From an uncultured Pseudomonadota bacterium (GTDB taxonomy: Bacteria > Oederibacteriota > Muellerivitia > Muellerivitales > Muellerivitaceae), in contig CAWIIP010000005.1 of assembly GCA_963836235.1 (NCBI GenBank), positions 224,001-288,000 of the forward strand: a DNA stretch of 64,000 nt, given 5' to 3'. Each line of letters opens with the position of its first letter. Within the stretch, counting starts at the first letter, position 1. Position numbers and translations under genes: made by a program. Positions 21,301-28,667 of this stretch are shown here, in pieces. The notes under the pieces were generated by a model that was given only the letters and a program-made list of their open reading frames with translations, searched no databases and was not told the DNA's origin.

Positions 21301-24300
21301 CCCCCGTTATAGACAGCAACCGCGCCCATTACCCACATTTTCCCGCCGAAAACCACGGCCCCAAAATCCGCCCGAGGAGGAAAGGCCGCCGCAGTCACCG
21401 CTTCGCTCCAATGGATGCCATCCGAGGAGGACCAAACATCGTTAGCGGGGTTGCCACCATTTTCGTTTCCAAAGGGCTCCCCGCCGATGACCCAATAATG
21501 GTTGTTGAAATAAAGGGCTTGGTGGTGCGCCCTCTGCCCGAAACCTGCCGCGTCGGTGGCTTGAAGCCAGTTGCTATAGGCATCCCCATTGGGCGTAGCT
21601 GTGAAGGTAAAGGTGGCGAAGAAAGTGGGGGTCTCGGTCGGCGTTGGGGTCCAAGTGATGGTGGGGGTTGGGGTGGCATAAGGTGTCTGGCCGCAAGGAC
21701 CGAAATGCTGGATATTGCCTTGGCCATTCAACGCCAAGTAAAAGGTCCCGTCCTGTGGCGCGGCTATTCCACTGGTGTAACCAATGCCACCCATCACTCC
21801 TGCTTCATTGCCTGACAAGTCGCTTATCCCTAACTCCCCCAATGCAGAGTAGAGGTAAATCTTTCCCACCGTGTTATCCACTGAAAGAAGATCGGGATAG
21901 GGCGCCCAAGTGCTTGTGTTCCATTGGTTGAGGAACTTTCCCGTTCCGTTAAATACTTCGATCCAATCAGGAACCTCGCTCGTCACGTAAACTTGACCCT
22001 GGTTATCCAGGGCCACGCCCGTCGGGAAGTCAAAAGACCCCTGCCCATCGTCCCCTTCCGTTCCCCATTGAGTTATCGGGCTTCCCTGTCCGGTGAAAGC
22101 CTGAACCCGGTTAACTTCACTGTCCACCACATAGACCGTGGTTCCCGCCGCGTTGACCGCGATCCCGGTGGGGTCCTCGAACTGGCCCGTCCCGGTACCA
22201 TATACACCTCCCCATTGGGTGATGGGATTTCCGGCTGTGTCAAAAACAAAAACCATGTCCCGGTAATCATCGGTCATGTAAAGATGGTTGTTGCCGTCGA
22301 TGGCCAACTGATTAGGGGTATCAAAGTGGTTCACGCCGTTGGCGGGCGGCCCCCATTGGGTAACGGGATTGCCCTGGGCGTCGAAGACGTCCACTTCATC
22401 GTAGTCGGTGTCGCCGGCATAGAGGTTCCCTTGGCTGTCCACGGCCAATCCACTGATAGACCCATCCGTTCCAATGGAGGAAATGACGTTGCAATAGAGC
22501 GGACCCGGTGGAGTGGGCGTGAAGGTGGAGGTATAACCGTTCAAGTTGGTGCTGGTGGAAGTCGGTGAAATGGTCGGAGTGGAGGTGGGCGTATGGGTAA
22601 AGGTGAAAGTCGAGGTATAACCGTGCAGGTTCGTATTGGTAGGGGTAGGGGTGAAGGTAAAGGTTGCGGTCGGTGTGGGTAAAGGCGTGTTGGTGGGCAA
22701 TGGCGTGAAATTGGGCGGCAGGGGTATTTGCGCCACGCGGACGTTGGAGTAATCGTCCATGAAGGCCAGCGTCCCCCCCGGCCCTCCGCCGGGCGCGTAG
22801 GAAATCACCACCCCCATGAAGGGATCGTTCGGCCCCTCCTGGATGGAAAGCTGGCAAAGAAGATTGTTGTTGGTGTCATACCCATAAACCGTCAGACCGT
22901 CCGTGCCTAGCACATAAACGCGCCCGTCCCCAGTGGAAACCTGCATCTGGGGGCTGGCGCCGGAAGGCGTATCCGGGTTCACTTCCTGCGCCCAAGCGAC
23001 GGAAGGCTCTAGGAAAGAAAAGCATTTTGGAAGCAAGGCGAGATTTTCTCCTTCGCCCAAAGGCAAGGAGGCGGTTTGAATACCTTGGCCTAGTTGTTGT
23101 TGTAGTCCGTTACCGTAAAGGGTGACGTTCCAATATTTATCCCGGATGACGGAGCAACCGGGCGGCAAGAACCTACTGCTTAAAACGTCATTTGGAGATT
23201 GGGTAATAAGGGTATCGGAAACTTCCGTGTCCTCCACAAAAGTCATGTACAAAACATACAAATTACCTTGGCCGTCGAAAGCTATGTTTTTAACTTGATC
23301 ATTTGGGAGAGGAGAACAATTCGGACTACCGCCGACAATTGGACCATTGCTGTTGATCTCCGAATACCAGAGGGTGGGTTCGGTGGGTGTTGAGTAACAC
23401 GACGCCATGACAGCCGACAAACCGTTCGGAGAAATATCATATGAAATCGGCTCATAATTCTCAAAAAGACCTAAGTCCGTGTCGTTCAGCTTGAAGGTTT
23501 TTAGGTTGAATTGAACCATATACCCATGGTTAGGATCTGAATTGGTATTAAACCCGCAAGCGTAAATATCCCCTACTGGGTCCGTCTCGAAAAACTTAAA
23601 CGGCCCCCGAGCAATGGGAAAAATGGATAAAGCCGATAGGACATCCTTAAGCGTGGTCGGTGTTTGCGCCGGCGTCGGATTGGGCGTGGGGGTGAAGGTG
23701 GGCGTGGGAGTGGTAATAAAAAACGCGTTGGCGGTATCCGCCTCGGCCTCAAACCCAGCCCAGCCGTTTAAATCATAGCCCGTTTTCAATTGGTAGGCGA
23801 TGGTATGGGGGTCGCCATCCATTGGACGATTGTTTGCGTCCTTCGCCCCGCTGATGGAAAGCGTAACGCTATCCCCTGCTTCAGAAGTGGTAATTAAAGT
23901 CGAAGGGGCATCCGCACTATAAGTTTGCCCATCTAACCCCCAGCTTCCAACCGGAAATATCCAAGTGCTTACAGGCGTTGGCGTACTCTTAACATAAAAT
24001 AAAGCTTCCACCGTCGGCACCATCGTCGGATTCACATTCATGGGGTTATTGAAGTAGAAGTCAAAGTGCGTTCCCACCCCGAATAACGCCGGAACGTTGG
24101 TGTTCACCGTCGGCGCGTTGGCCAGAATGGTTACGGGATACGGAGTGGGAGTACCGATCATTTCCACTGTCGGTGAAGGTGGCGGGGCCAATGGCCATTG
24201 GGCCTGGTAGATCGGCGTGGCGTTTTGGCTGACGGTGACGCCTTGGACGTAGGCACGGGGAAAAGTGGACACTTGAAAAGCAAAATTCGTCACGGGTCCA

Positions 24301-25682
24301 GCTTCGTAACCATTCCAAACGCTAGGGCCTGTACTTAAGGACAAAGTAGCGGGAGTTGAAGCATCGGAATCTAAAGCCTCTGTGGAAGAAATTGAAGGAT
24401 TGGGAGTACCGGAAGGAAAGGGATTAATGGAAATGCTTACCCCTTGTCCAATGATGCTAACAGGGCAATTAGAGGAACCGCTCGGAACAATGAAGGTTCC
24501 CTCCCAAGTTGGGAAATTACCACTACTAAAATCATTCCAAACACCAGTAGCTGTGACAGCATTAGTTCCGGAACTCAAAAAGACCTGAAGATTTTCCCGA
24601 GTATCAATTGATTCATTCGCAGTCAGAAGGATGACCGCCGTCGTTCCGGCGATTAAACTATCATTTTGTTGTGTGGTTAGCTCCCTACTACTTGGCTCAT
24701 CACTAATATTCATCCCATCAATCGTAGTTACATTAAAAGGGGGTATGGAAGAAGTTGTGACATCATCCCACTGAGCTGAATATCTCAAATTAGCATCGGA
24801 GTCATTGTCCTGGTAGATATCAATCGCTCTGATGATAGGAGGGCTAACAGCGTAAAAATAATTTAAAATACCTTGGTAATCCCAACCTTTCTCTCGGGCT
24901 AAAGTCAATGCGCCTTGTTGAGAAAGGCCTTCGGCATTAAAAGCAGGGACATCCCTAGTTGCCCCAGTGTCATCTCGACGTTTAAGATATGGAGGAAAAT
25001 TCCAAAACCCAGGGAAAGCAGGGTAAAAAATTTCATCTTCGGAGTTATCTCCAAACGCATCAGAAAATTTTGCTAAAGTTAATTCAGTCACGCTGGTTGT
25101 TCGATTAAAAGCGAAAAGAGCCTGATGGGCAGTTTCAGAAACAGAATCCCCGGCCCCACTATCCCCCCCAACAACATCGGTGTCATAAGGTTTAAAGGCT
25201 TCTAAACTTAGGGGTTCGATAAATGTCGTTTGATTTTCATCCACTATGGTTAAGGGTTGGGTAGAATCCGTCACATCATAAGTCAGCCCGTCTAATTGTC
25301 GAAAAGCCCTTGATTGAACCGATGCGGTGAAACTTCTAGCTGCAACAGCTTGAGCTTTCAAGGCCTCTGGTGGCTGGTTGTCACCACCTATTTCAGAAAA
25401 AACAACTCCATCAATGAATTCATCATAAGGCATCGAAATAACTAAACTAACACCAGCATTATACGCAATAACCGTGACGCCATTAATTGCTTCAATCTGA
25501 TTTACAATATCTTGATTTAAATTTGATGTCTCACCCAAAAAAACCGTAACAGCTCCCGGCAATTGAGTAATAGGACCGCTTTGGGCTTTACAAAAGGAAA
25601 TATCCACGACATTTATTAAAAGAAAAGTGGATATCAATAGAACTACTTTTAAATTTTTACTCTTTGATCCATTTGTAAACAT
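12318..25682 (-). CDS. Giant 4454-aa secreted protein: SpoIID/LytB-like domain, NHL and Kelch/BNR-like propellers, Thr/Pro linkers, CBM3-like domain, T9SS/FlgD-like C-terminal domain
   Basis: Signal peptide; SEIG..PEALKAQAVAARS and GLSQ.GA...G..YQ.IL.YFY; repeated GIAVN..G.TVYVAD and DVWSS.DG.NW; terminal SGLYLFVL...KVGKIAIIR. Confidence 0.85.
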   Translation of the reverse strand: MFTNGSKSKNLKVVLLISTFLLINVVDISFCKAQSGPITQLPGAVTVFLGETSNLNQDIVNQIEAINGVTVIAYNAGVSLVISMPYDEFIDGVVFSEIGGDNQPPEALKAQAVAARSFTASVQSRAFRQLDGLTYDVTDSTQPLTIVDENQTTFIEPLSLEAFKPYDTDVVGGDSGAGDSVSETAHQALFAFNRTTSVTELTLAKFSDAFGDNSEDEIFYPAFPGFWNFPPYLKRRDDTGATRDVPAFNAEGLSQQGALTLAREKGWDYQGILNYFYAVSPPIIRAIDIYQDNDSDANLRYSAQWDDVTTSSIPPFNVTTIDGMNISDEPSSRELTTQQNDSLIAGTTAVILLTANESIDTRENLQVFLSSGTNAVTATGVWNDFSSGNFPTWEGTFIVPSGSSNCPVSIIGQGVSISINPFPSGTPNPSISSTEALDSDASTPATLSLSTGPSVWNGYEAGPVTNFAFQVSTFPRAYVQGVTVSQNATPIYQAQWPLAPPPSPTVEMIGTPTPYPVTILANAPTVNTNVPALFGVGTHFDFYFNNPMNVNPTMVPTVEALFYVKSTPTPVSTWIFPVGSWGLDGQTYSADAPSTLITTSEAGDSVTLSISGAKDANNRPMDGDPHTIAYQLKTGYDLNGWAGFEAEADTANAFFITTPTPTFTPTPNPTPAQTPTTLKDVLSALSIFPIARGPFKFFETDPVGDIYACGFNTNSDPNHGYMVQFNLKTFKLNDTDLGLFENYEPISYDISPNGLSAVMASCYSTPTEPTLWYSEINSNGPIVGGSPNCSPLPNDQVKNIAFDGQGNLYVLYMTFVEDTEVSDTLITQSPNDVLSSRFLPPGCSVIRDKYWNVTLYGNGLQQQLGQGIQTASLPLGEGENLALLPKCFSFLEPSVAWAQEVNPDTPSGASPQMQVSTGDGRVYVLGTDGLTVYGYDTNNNLLCQLSIQEGPNDPFMGVVISYAPGGGPGGTLAFMDDYSNVRVAQIPLPPNFTPLPTNTPLPTPTATFTFTPTPTNTNLHGYTSTFTFTHTPTSTPTISPTSTSTNLNGYTSTFTPTPPGPLYCNVISSIGTDGSISGLAVDSQGNLYAGDTDYDEVDVFDAQGNPVTQWGPPANGVNHFDTPNQLAIDGNNHLYMTDDYRDMVFVFDTAGNPITQWGGVYGTGTGQFEDPTGIAVNAAGTTVYVVDSEVNRVQAFTGQGSPITQWGTEGDDGQGSFDFPTGVALDNQGQVYVTSEVPDWIEVFNGTGKFLNQWNTSTWAPYPDLLSVDNTVGKIYLYSALGELGISDLSGNEAGVMGGIGYTSGIAAPQDGTFYLALNGQGNIQHFGPCGQTPYATPTPTITWTPTPTETPTFFATFTFTATPNGDAYSNWLQATDAAGFGQRAHHQALYFNNHYWVIGGEPFGNENGGNPANDVWSSSDGIHWSEAVTAAAFPPRADFGAVVFGGKMWVMGAVAVYNGGWTYLSDVWSSLDGVNWTETKAQAPWGYRTAFTVTAFNGQMWVIGGEDLDNNDLNDVWSSPDGVNWTKQTASAAFPGRFYHQCLAYNGQLWVMGGSNFFNEPLNDVWSSPDGVNWTEATANASWPPRWGFTAQVDPISNQMVVLGGGYPPPNPVYSQHQPYISFNDVYHSSDGINWTASTYAAPFPGRAYGAAATDNNHIWITGGDPLLPESQSENNYSYDLRDAWYSNFAQVPTFTPTSTPTPDGNAVWTQAVGDTAFIPRSNPGLTAFQPSTGSWAGQNLLWMAGGTNSDIGPLGDVWNSPDGVNWRLATDNTPFDEQTGLVTSTFNGNLWVFNAIDWDNGQYQVFSSPNGVNWNLADAQAPFSQVIGAYVLNNQLWVMDSSCGNASRLFSSPDGMNWTLESQVPILGVNNTMAFNGYIWIFGGFWDCGGPTPITDETVWKTSDGVHWSQVSGNLPYAYEATSYTSNYEPMSFGGGALFIPNGINGNNALQDQWFTQDGIHWNQVAVTTAYIPRTNFSAAAFNNQMWAVGGQDSNGNDLNDVWTAPALGYTPASTWTPGPGTPTSTFTPSPTFTGSITNSPTNSFTPTPSPAVTSTPTPTATPTISPTPTVVSITGQGWLQGAPVGRAFPNRQGQTATAFNGSIWVIGGGGADIWDSPDGINWNLSTVLAPFGTRTGQAAVSFNGALWMIGGQTSQGVTNDVWNSLDGVSWTQVTASASFPPRSGHQVVIFNGQMWVMGGDGLADVWSSTNGINWDEEPRGPFATTSGFQAMALNSQIWVVGGIPVTNTDVTPNPNFYGYQSMAWSTSDGVHWSTGTSLPFEYRTGFAGTVANGQMWIMGGHGASGAVKNDVWSSGDGTDWTEETAAANFSPRQGLSGLVFNPSSSPQGNNALWIVGGTDLSGNNNGNSWYSPLAPYESPTPTPTVGPYGNWTQATANAGFPQRADQASVTFNNRMWVIGGGNDSEFFNDTWSSTDGANWTQQTVSTGFSPRIDPGAAAFNGKIWVVGGQNFNDSLNNDVWSSPDGVNWTEAVTQAPFSPRTGSSLMVQNLGNGPELWLVGGLDQNDNVLSDIWVSSDGMNWSSKTPSSNSGTAYPLRAYQAGAPYNNSLWVAGGVPAEGDLLNDAWYTDGNHWYGPTTFGTQGRQDASAGIMDNFMFVIGGTLDDGTEANDVWYLNSSSNWTMATSSANFSPRSDHSSVAFNNKLWVIAGWDGNEYLNDTWYTNSLVPTETPTSTPTPTPLSTAVSIYCNEVSSSSTDGSINGLALDTQGNLYAADADTDQVDVFDSHGNAVTQWGPPSNGLNQFIYPMGLAIDGNNHLYMTDYLGDMVYVFDTAGHPITQWGGSGSGTGQFQAPFGIAVNSAGTTVYVADLINDRVASFNGQGEPITQWGTTGDNGNGTFDLASGVALDNQGRVYVESYIPSLIEVFDGNGNFLNQRNISSWLPNPLFLSVDNTTSQLYITTINNTLGISDLSGNEVGVISGTGGSIPQAPTYGGVAAPQDGTFYAALDDQGVINRLGSCSTIPYPTPTPTITLSPTQTPLLTPTPTLTLTPSPVPGTIYCNVVSSSSTDGSIDGLALDTQGNLYAADVDNNQVDIFDPHGNAVTQWGPPSNGQNPFIYPMGLAIDGNDHLYMTDYEDDMVYVFDTAGNPITQWGGSGNGIGQFQAPWGIAVNSAGTTVYVADEANNRVEVFNGQGVPVTQWGTAGDDGNGTFDYATGLALDNQGRVYVESFNPSLIEVFDGSGNFLNQWNTSSWLPNPVFLSVDSTANRVCVATQGSGLGISDLSGNEVGVISGVVSPGGVAAPQDGTFYAAVNDHENIERLGPCSSSPYPTPTTTFTPSPTLTPTPGPSPIPIFCNLISSSSTDSAINGMATDGQGNVYAADGDTDQVDVFDPQGNPITQWGPSGQNQFINPMGLAVDGNNHLYLTDNYNNQVYVFDTAGDAITQWGGGGYGPGQFEYPIGIAVNSNGTTVYVADSGNNRVQVLDGNGNPITEWGTYGDAGGGTFDYMTGLTLDNQGRIYVASYNPNWIEVFDGSGNFLDQWNTGSWAPNPVMLAVDSTANQVYIEAQNVLGISDLSGNEVGVVSGIVSPGGVAAPQDGTLWVGANNLGVIERLGPCSQTPYPTPTPTLTPILIPTLTPLPPPVSIYCNVVSSSSTDGSIDGLALDTQGNLYAADVDNNQVDIFDPHGNAVTQWGPPSNGQNPFIYPMGLAIDGNDHLYMTDYEDDMVYVFDTAGNPITQWGGSGNGIGQFQAPWGIAVNSAGTTVYVADEANNRVEVFNGQGVPVTQWGTAGDDGNGTFDYATGLALDNQGRVYVESFNPSLIEVFDGSGNFLNQWNTSSWLPNPVFLSVDSTANRVCVATQGSGLGISDLSGNEVGVISGVASPGGVAAPQDGTFYAAADDLNNIERLGSCGQAPYPTPTPTYTLTLTGTYTFTPSLTATFTPTNTGTETPTQTPTNTTTFTGTNTPTNTATNSATYTTTNTATNTLTNTATYTTTNTPTNTTTDTPTSTTTKTSTNTATYTTTKTTTNTPTKTTTSTPTNTTTNTSTNTATSTGTNTPTNTATSTPTKTVIYTPTNNATNTTTKTTTNTATNSPTASPTLSPTNTRTSTASLTPSQTPTRTETKTATKTPTPANSPTKTSTFTVTGTSTKTATLTNTATKTFTVTKTYTPTITPTPSPTTACGTNTSALALLEEYTSSCGSNSVYHLFAVVNNGAAVTLSDLTIKFWPYDTSGVSLVGSISTGGCIWNPTCSHNVTGTTISALNFSPACGPSTTQMANWEMTVSTTDNTVLSGGTSWVGLQTLVNRSDNQPFVPGTSYWYSPCVMASTYSTNSHYAIYLKGNLVTASGGIPPSCRPLATCTPSGGQGAIVADLARMNGNPTLTPTPIPPLLASVVAAPNITNGQQPIRLLTYLTSQAKVSLAIFTVSGEQVYGTETEGSAGLNTIVWNLQNNGSQPVASGLYLFVLRVHNGASQETKVGKIAIIR
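14259..14846. repeat. Intragenic duplication, copy 1 (copy 2 at 16026-16613)
   Basis: Offset 1767; antisense ORFs 14277-14822 and 16044-16589 have identical translations. Confidence 0.85.
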
Positions 25683-26634
25683 ATGCTCCCGTTTGGGTCG
25701 TTAAAAGTTGAAAAATATTCCCCTTCTTATCAACCAAATAAAAATGTTGATTAAGACCATTGGCATAACAAGCGTCAATATCCACCGGGATTTCTGAAAT
25801 CAGCGTGCCTTCAATGGAATAAATTCGGATTTCTTCTTCTTTCAAATCCATATAATGATTCCGAGAATATCCTTGTAGCAAATAAACATTTCCGTCATCG
25901 TCAAAACCGAGAACCTTATACTCCAGATGCATGCTCCGTTTGTTTTCGAGAGGAATATTTACAGAATCGGAAATTGTGGCCTTTCCATTTTTTTGAGCTA
26001 TTCGATTAATTTTTTCTGTCCGAATATGTAAAAACCAATCCCCACCCCGCTTTCTATTGTAAGTATTCGTAACATCCGTTTTTAAAAAGAGTGGTTCATT
26101 AAACTTTGAAGACGTCGAGGGCCTATCTTCAAAGGAAAAAATTTTGTTTCCTGTTTCATCCAATAATGAATCTTCGTAAATTGGTCCCCATTTTTGTTCA
26201 TATTTAATTTTTTCACCATTACTTTTTATTCTCAAAATTTTTAATTTAAATTTATCGGCAAGGTAGGTTGTATAAATGTCACCAGTTTCATTGATTTGGA
26301 AGGAAGATACCGCAGAATCTGTCGGGACACTTTTTATCAAACTTCCGTTGCTAGAAAAAACTTGAATCCGATGATTGCCTGGTTCTGATATATATATGTT
26401 CTCATTCTTATCAACAGCCATTGCCCCTGGGCCACAAAAAGGATTTCCAAGAACTCTCACTTCCTTATCCCCGTTCCCAAACTGTAAATACAAAATTTGC
26501 TGTTTTGTATAACCATTTACTACTTTTGATTGACCCATTACGTGTTGAGGAGGGAGGATGGAAATAATAAAAAATGAAAATGTAACCGTGAAAATCTTCA
26601 ACTCAGAAATTCTCTTCTTCATTTTTAAATCCAT
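25657..26634 (-). CDS. AT-rich secreted beta-propeller (NHL-like) protein overlapping giant gene start
   Basis: Signal peptide; GPGAMAVDKNENIYISEPGNHRIQVF; 26-nt overlap with the giant gene. Confidence 0.7.
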   Translation of the reverse strand: MDLKMKKRISELKIFTVTFSFFIISILPPQHVMGQSKVVNGYTKQQILYLQFGNGDKEVRVLGNPFCGPGAMAVDKNENIYISEPGNHRIQVFSSNGSLIKSVPTDSAVSSFQINETGDIYTTYLADKFKLKILRIKSNGEKIKYEQKWGPIYEDSLLDETGNKIFSFEDRPSTSSKFNEPLFLKTDVTNTYNRKRGGDWFLHIRTEKINRIAQKNGKATISDSVNIPLENKRSMHLEYKVLGFDDDGNVYLLQGYSRNHYMDLKEEEIRIYSIEGTLISEIPVDIDACYANGLNQHFYLVDKKGNIFQLLTTQTGAYVYKWIKE

Positions 26635-26877
26635 TACTTCCCCCTGGTTCAACGCCTATAAAAGTCCCTAAGATTAGTATTTTCAGAAACGTTTTCAGGT
26701 GGAATATATCAAAATGACAAATATTTACTATATTTAAAGGTATGGCCAAAAAACCCTTATTTCAGCGAGGTGAAATTGTTGAAATATTGACTGGTCTTGG
26801 TGTTCAGCCTTGTGGAATCTTCTCGCCGATAGTGATACTTTGTAGCGTCACTTTAATCATCTGGGAGGGTTACTCAT

Positions 26878-27228
26878 ATGAAAAGTTCCATCTTGGCTGT
26901 CATCACGGCTTTATTTCTTGGGTCTACCGCCGTTACATTCGCCGCGACTTCATCTTCCGCCCCGGTCGTTAGCCAAAATCCCAATACCCACCAAGTAAAC
27001 CTTCGATTGAAAAGCCAAATGGTTTTAATTTATAAAGGGCAAAAGGCCGGGAAATTCACGCCGGAACAGACGAAAACCCTAAAGATGGGCCTTCGGGCTA
27101 TCCGTCAAAAGGAAGTCGGGTTCTTCAAGCTGAATGGAAATAAGGAACTGACTTCGGACCAGCAAAGCCAACTGAACCAGGCGTTGAATGCTAATTCGAC
27201 GACTTTGGGCGAAACACCCGTCAATTAA
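26878..27228 (+). CDS. Small secreted protein, paralog of 43997-44356
   Basis: Signal peptide; shared HQ.NLRLK.Q...EVGFFKLN...LT.DQ.SQLN..LN.NS.TLGETP. Confidence 0.8.
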   Translation: MKSSILAVITALFLGSTAVTFAATSSSAPVVSQNPNTHQVNLRLKSQMVLIYKGQKAGKFTPEQTKTLKMGLRAIRQKEVGFFKLNGNKELTSDQQSQLNQALNANSTTLGETPVN

Positions 27229-27269
27229 GCCATCAGTCCTGATCGAATGATCTAGATAATCTTAACAGT

Positions 27270-27299
27270 TCCCTCTTCGCGGGTCCCCGTCGTGGACAG
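27270..27299. repeat. Cassette-boundary site 1 (left arm divergent)
   Basis: tccctcttcgc-GGGTCCCC-GTCGTGGACAG. Confidence 0.8.
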
Positions 27300-27312
27300 G
27301 TGTTTTCGTTAA

Positions 27313-27597
27313 TTAATGAGCGGCCAGATGGTGGCGTTTCTTTTTAGCTAGATAGTGCTGGTCCAAGCCTTGGCGAAGGATCGATTTGATAACTGCTTGG
27401 CGGCTTACATTCATTTCGCGGACCAACCCATCCAATTCCTTAAGCATGTTTTCCGCGAAATCCACATTAACTCGGCGGATGGCCGGCATCATTTTTCCGT
27501 GGTTCGTAAAATGTTTGGAGATGTTCTCCCCTTTGTCAGCCATTTGAGCTAATTGTTCAGCCGTTGGAATTGTTTTTGCCTTATGAACGGTTTTCAT
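27313..27597 (-). CDS. CopG/BrnA-like antitoxin
   Basis: RRVNVDF...LD......VSRQAVIK RHH pattern; overlaps toxin. Confidence 0.8.
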   Translation of the reverse strand: MKTVHKAKTIPTAEQLAQMADKGENISKHFTNHGKMMPAIRRVNVDFAENMLKELDGLVREMNVSRQAVIKSILRQGLDQHYLAKKKRHHLAAH

Positions 27598-27859
27598 ACA
27601 ATTTCCTTTCTTCCTTAGTGGATTTCCAAAGAGTGACTAAGTGAATGTACTCTCCATCCCGATCCGATCTCTCTTCATAGATCACCGTATATAGCCTATC
27701 CCCCACCCAGCCGATGGCCCGCCATTGCTCCGGCACCTCGGATCGTTGATCCAAGTAGTAAGGGCTTTCCCAGAGCACTTGAACTTCTTCAAAACCGATT
27801 CCCCGTAGGCGGTTTCGACGAAGGGCTTCGCTCTTGTGTTTGTCGAATTTAACCCGCAT
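27581..27859 (-). CDS. BrnT family toxin
   Basis: FDKHKSE..RRN..RGIGFEE...WRAIG......TVIYE.R....HLVT.WKST..ERKLYE. Confidence 0.82.
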   Translation of the reverse strand: MRVKFDKHKSEALRRNRLRGIGFEEVQVLWESPYYLDQRSEVPEQWRAIGWVGDRLYTVIYEERSDRDGEYIHLVTLWKSTKEERKLYENRS

Positions 27860-27868
27860 CCACGCTCC

Positions 27869-27885
27869 GGTATAACAGTTATACC
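27869..27885. promoter_or_regulatory. Putative BrnTA autoregulatory operator
   Basis: Perfect palindrome GGTATAAC-A-GTTATACC, 9 nt upstream of the toxin start. Confidence 0.6.
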
Positions 27886-27929
27886 ATCAATTTCTTATTA
27901 CTTCAAGAAGGCATCCCACGCGAATTTAG

Positions 27930-27959
27930 GTGTCCACGAAGGGTCCCCGTCGTGGACAA
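27930..27959. repeat. Cassette-boundary site 2
   Basis: GTGTCCACGAA-GGGTCCCC-GTCGTGGACAA. Confidence 0.88.
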
Positions 27960-27975
27960 GAACTAACCCATTATT

Positions 27976-28320
27976 TTATTCGAATAAGAGAATTTTAAGG
28001 TTTTCGATCAACTTCACTTTATCAATCGGGCTTAACTCCCCCAAGTGCTTGACGAACCGGCGGTTATCAATGGCCCGGATCTGGTCAACCAAGATATCGG
28101 AGTCCTTCTTTAGGTTGTTTCCTTTTTTGGGAAGGTGAACCCGGAGTATCTCCGCTCCATGAATGACGTTGGTGGTAATGGGACAGACGATGGTACTGGG
28201 ATGCAATCCATCATTTAAAAGGTTGGTTTGAAGGACGACGACGGGCCTAGTTTTTCCAGGCTCGGTGCCGAAGCGCGGACTTAGATCGGCCAGGTAAATA
28301 CTAAATTTCCTGATTTTCAT
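27976..28320 (-). CDS. PemK/MazF family toxin
   Basis: ADLSPRFGTEPGKTRPVVV, VCPITT, DQIRAIDNRRF. Confidence 0.92.
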   Translation of the reverse strand: MKIRKFSIYLADLSPRFGTEPGKTRPVVVLQTNLLNDGLHPSTIVCPITTNVIHGAEILRVHLPKKGNNLKKDSDILVDQIRAIDNRRFVKHLGELSPIDKVKLIENLKILLFE

Positions 28321-28556
28321 TCAATGGTTGCTTCTTCAAGCTTTTCCATCTCACTCAAGATGTCCATGGAGTTATTTCGCGTAAGCAGGGATTCTTTTTG
28401 CAGTTTTTTACGAAGACCTTTGCGCCTGTTGAACGCGTTGTAAAAATCCAACGCCTCGTTGATGTAAGTATTTCGCGGCATGTGGAGCCGCTTAGTCTGA
28501 GCTTCAACATCCTCAAAGATTTCGCTTTTGATTTTAAGGGACAGGACTTTAGTCAT
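28317..28556 (-). CDS. Putative RHH antitoxin of the MazF-like toxin
   Basis: LSLKI...PRNTYINEALD; 4-nt overlap with toxin. Confidence 0.75.
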   Translation of the reverse strand: MTKVLSLKIKSEIFEDVEAQTKRLHMPRNTYINEALDFYNAFNRRKGLRKKLQKESLLTRNNSMDILSEMEKLEEATIE

Positions 28557-28570
28557 TTTGAACTCCTTTT

Positions 28571-28597
28571 AAGGTATATACGAATAGTATATACTTT
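28571..28597. promoter_or_regulatory. Putative MazEF-like operator
   Basis: AAGGTATATAC-N5-GTATATACTTT inverted repeat upstream of the antitoxin. Confidence 0.55.
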
Positions 28598-28630
28598 TCG
28601 GTTTAAAAAGGAACAAATTTTCTAATTTAG

Positions 28631-28660
28631 TTGTCCACTCCGGGTCCCCGCCGTGGACAA
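28631..28660. repeat. Cassette-boundary site 3
   Basis: TTGTCCACTCC-GGGTCCCC-GCCGTGGACAA. Confidence 0.88.
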
Positions 28661-28667
28661 AGCCACC

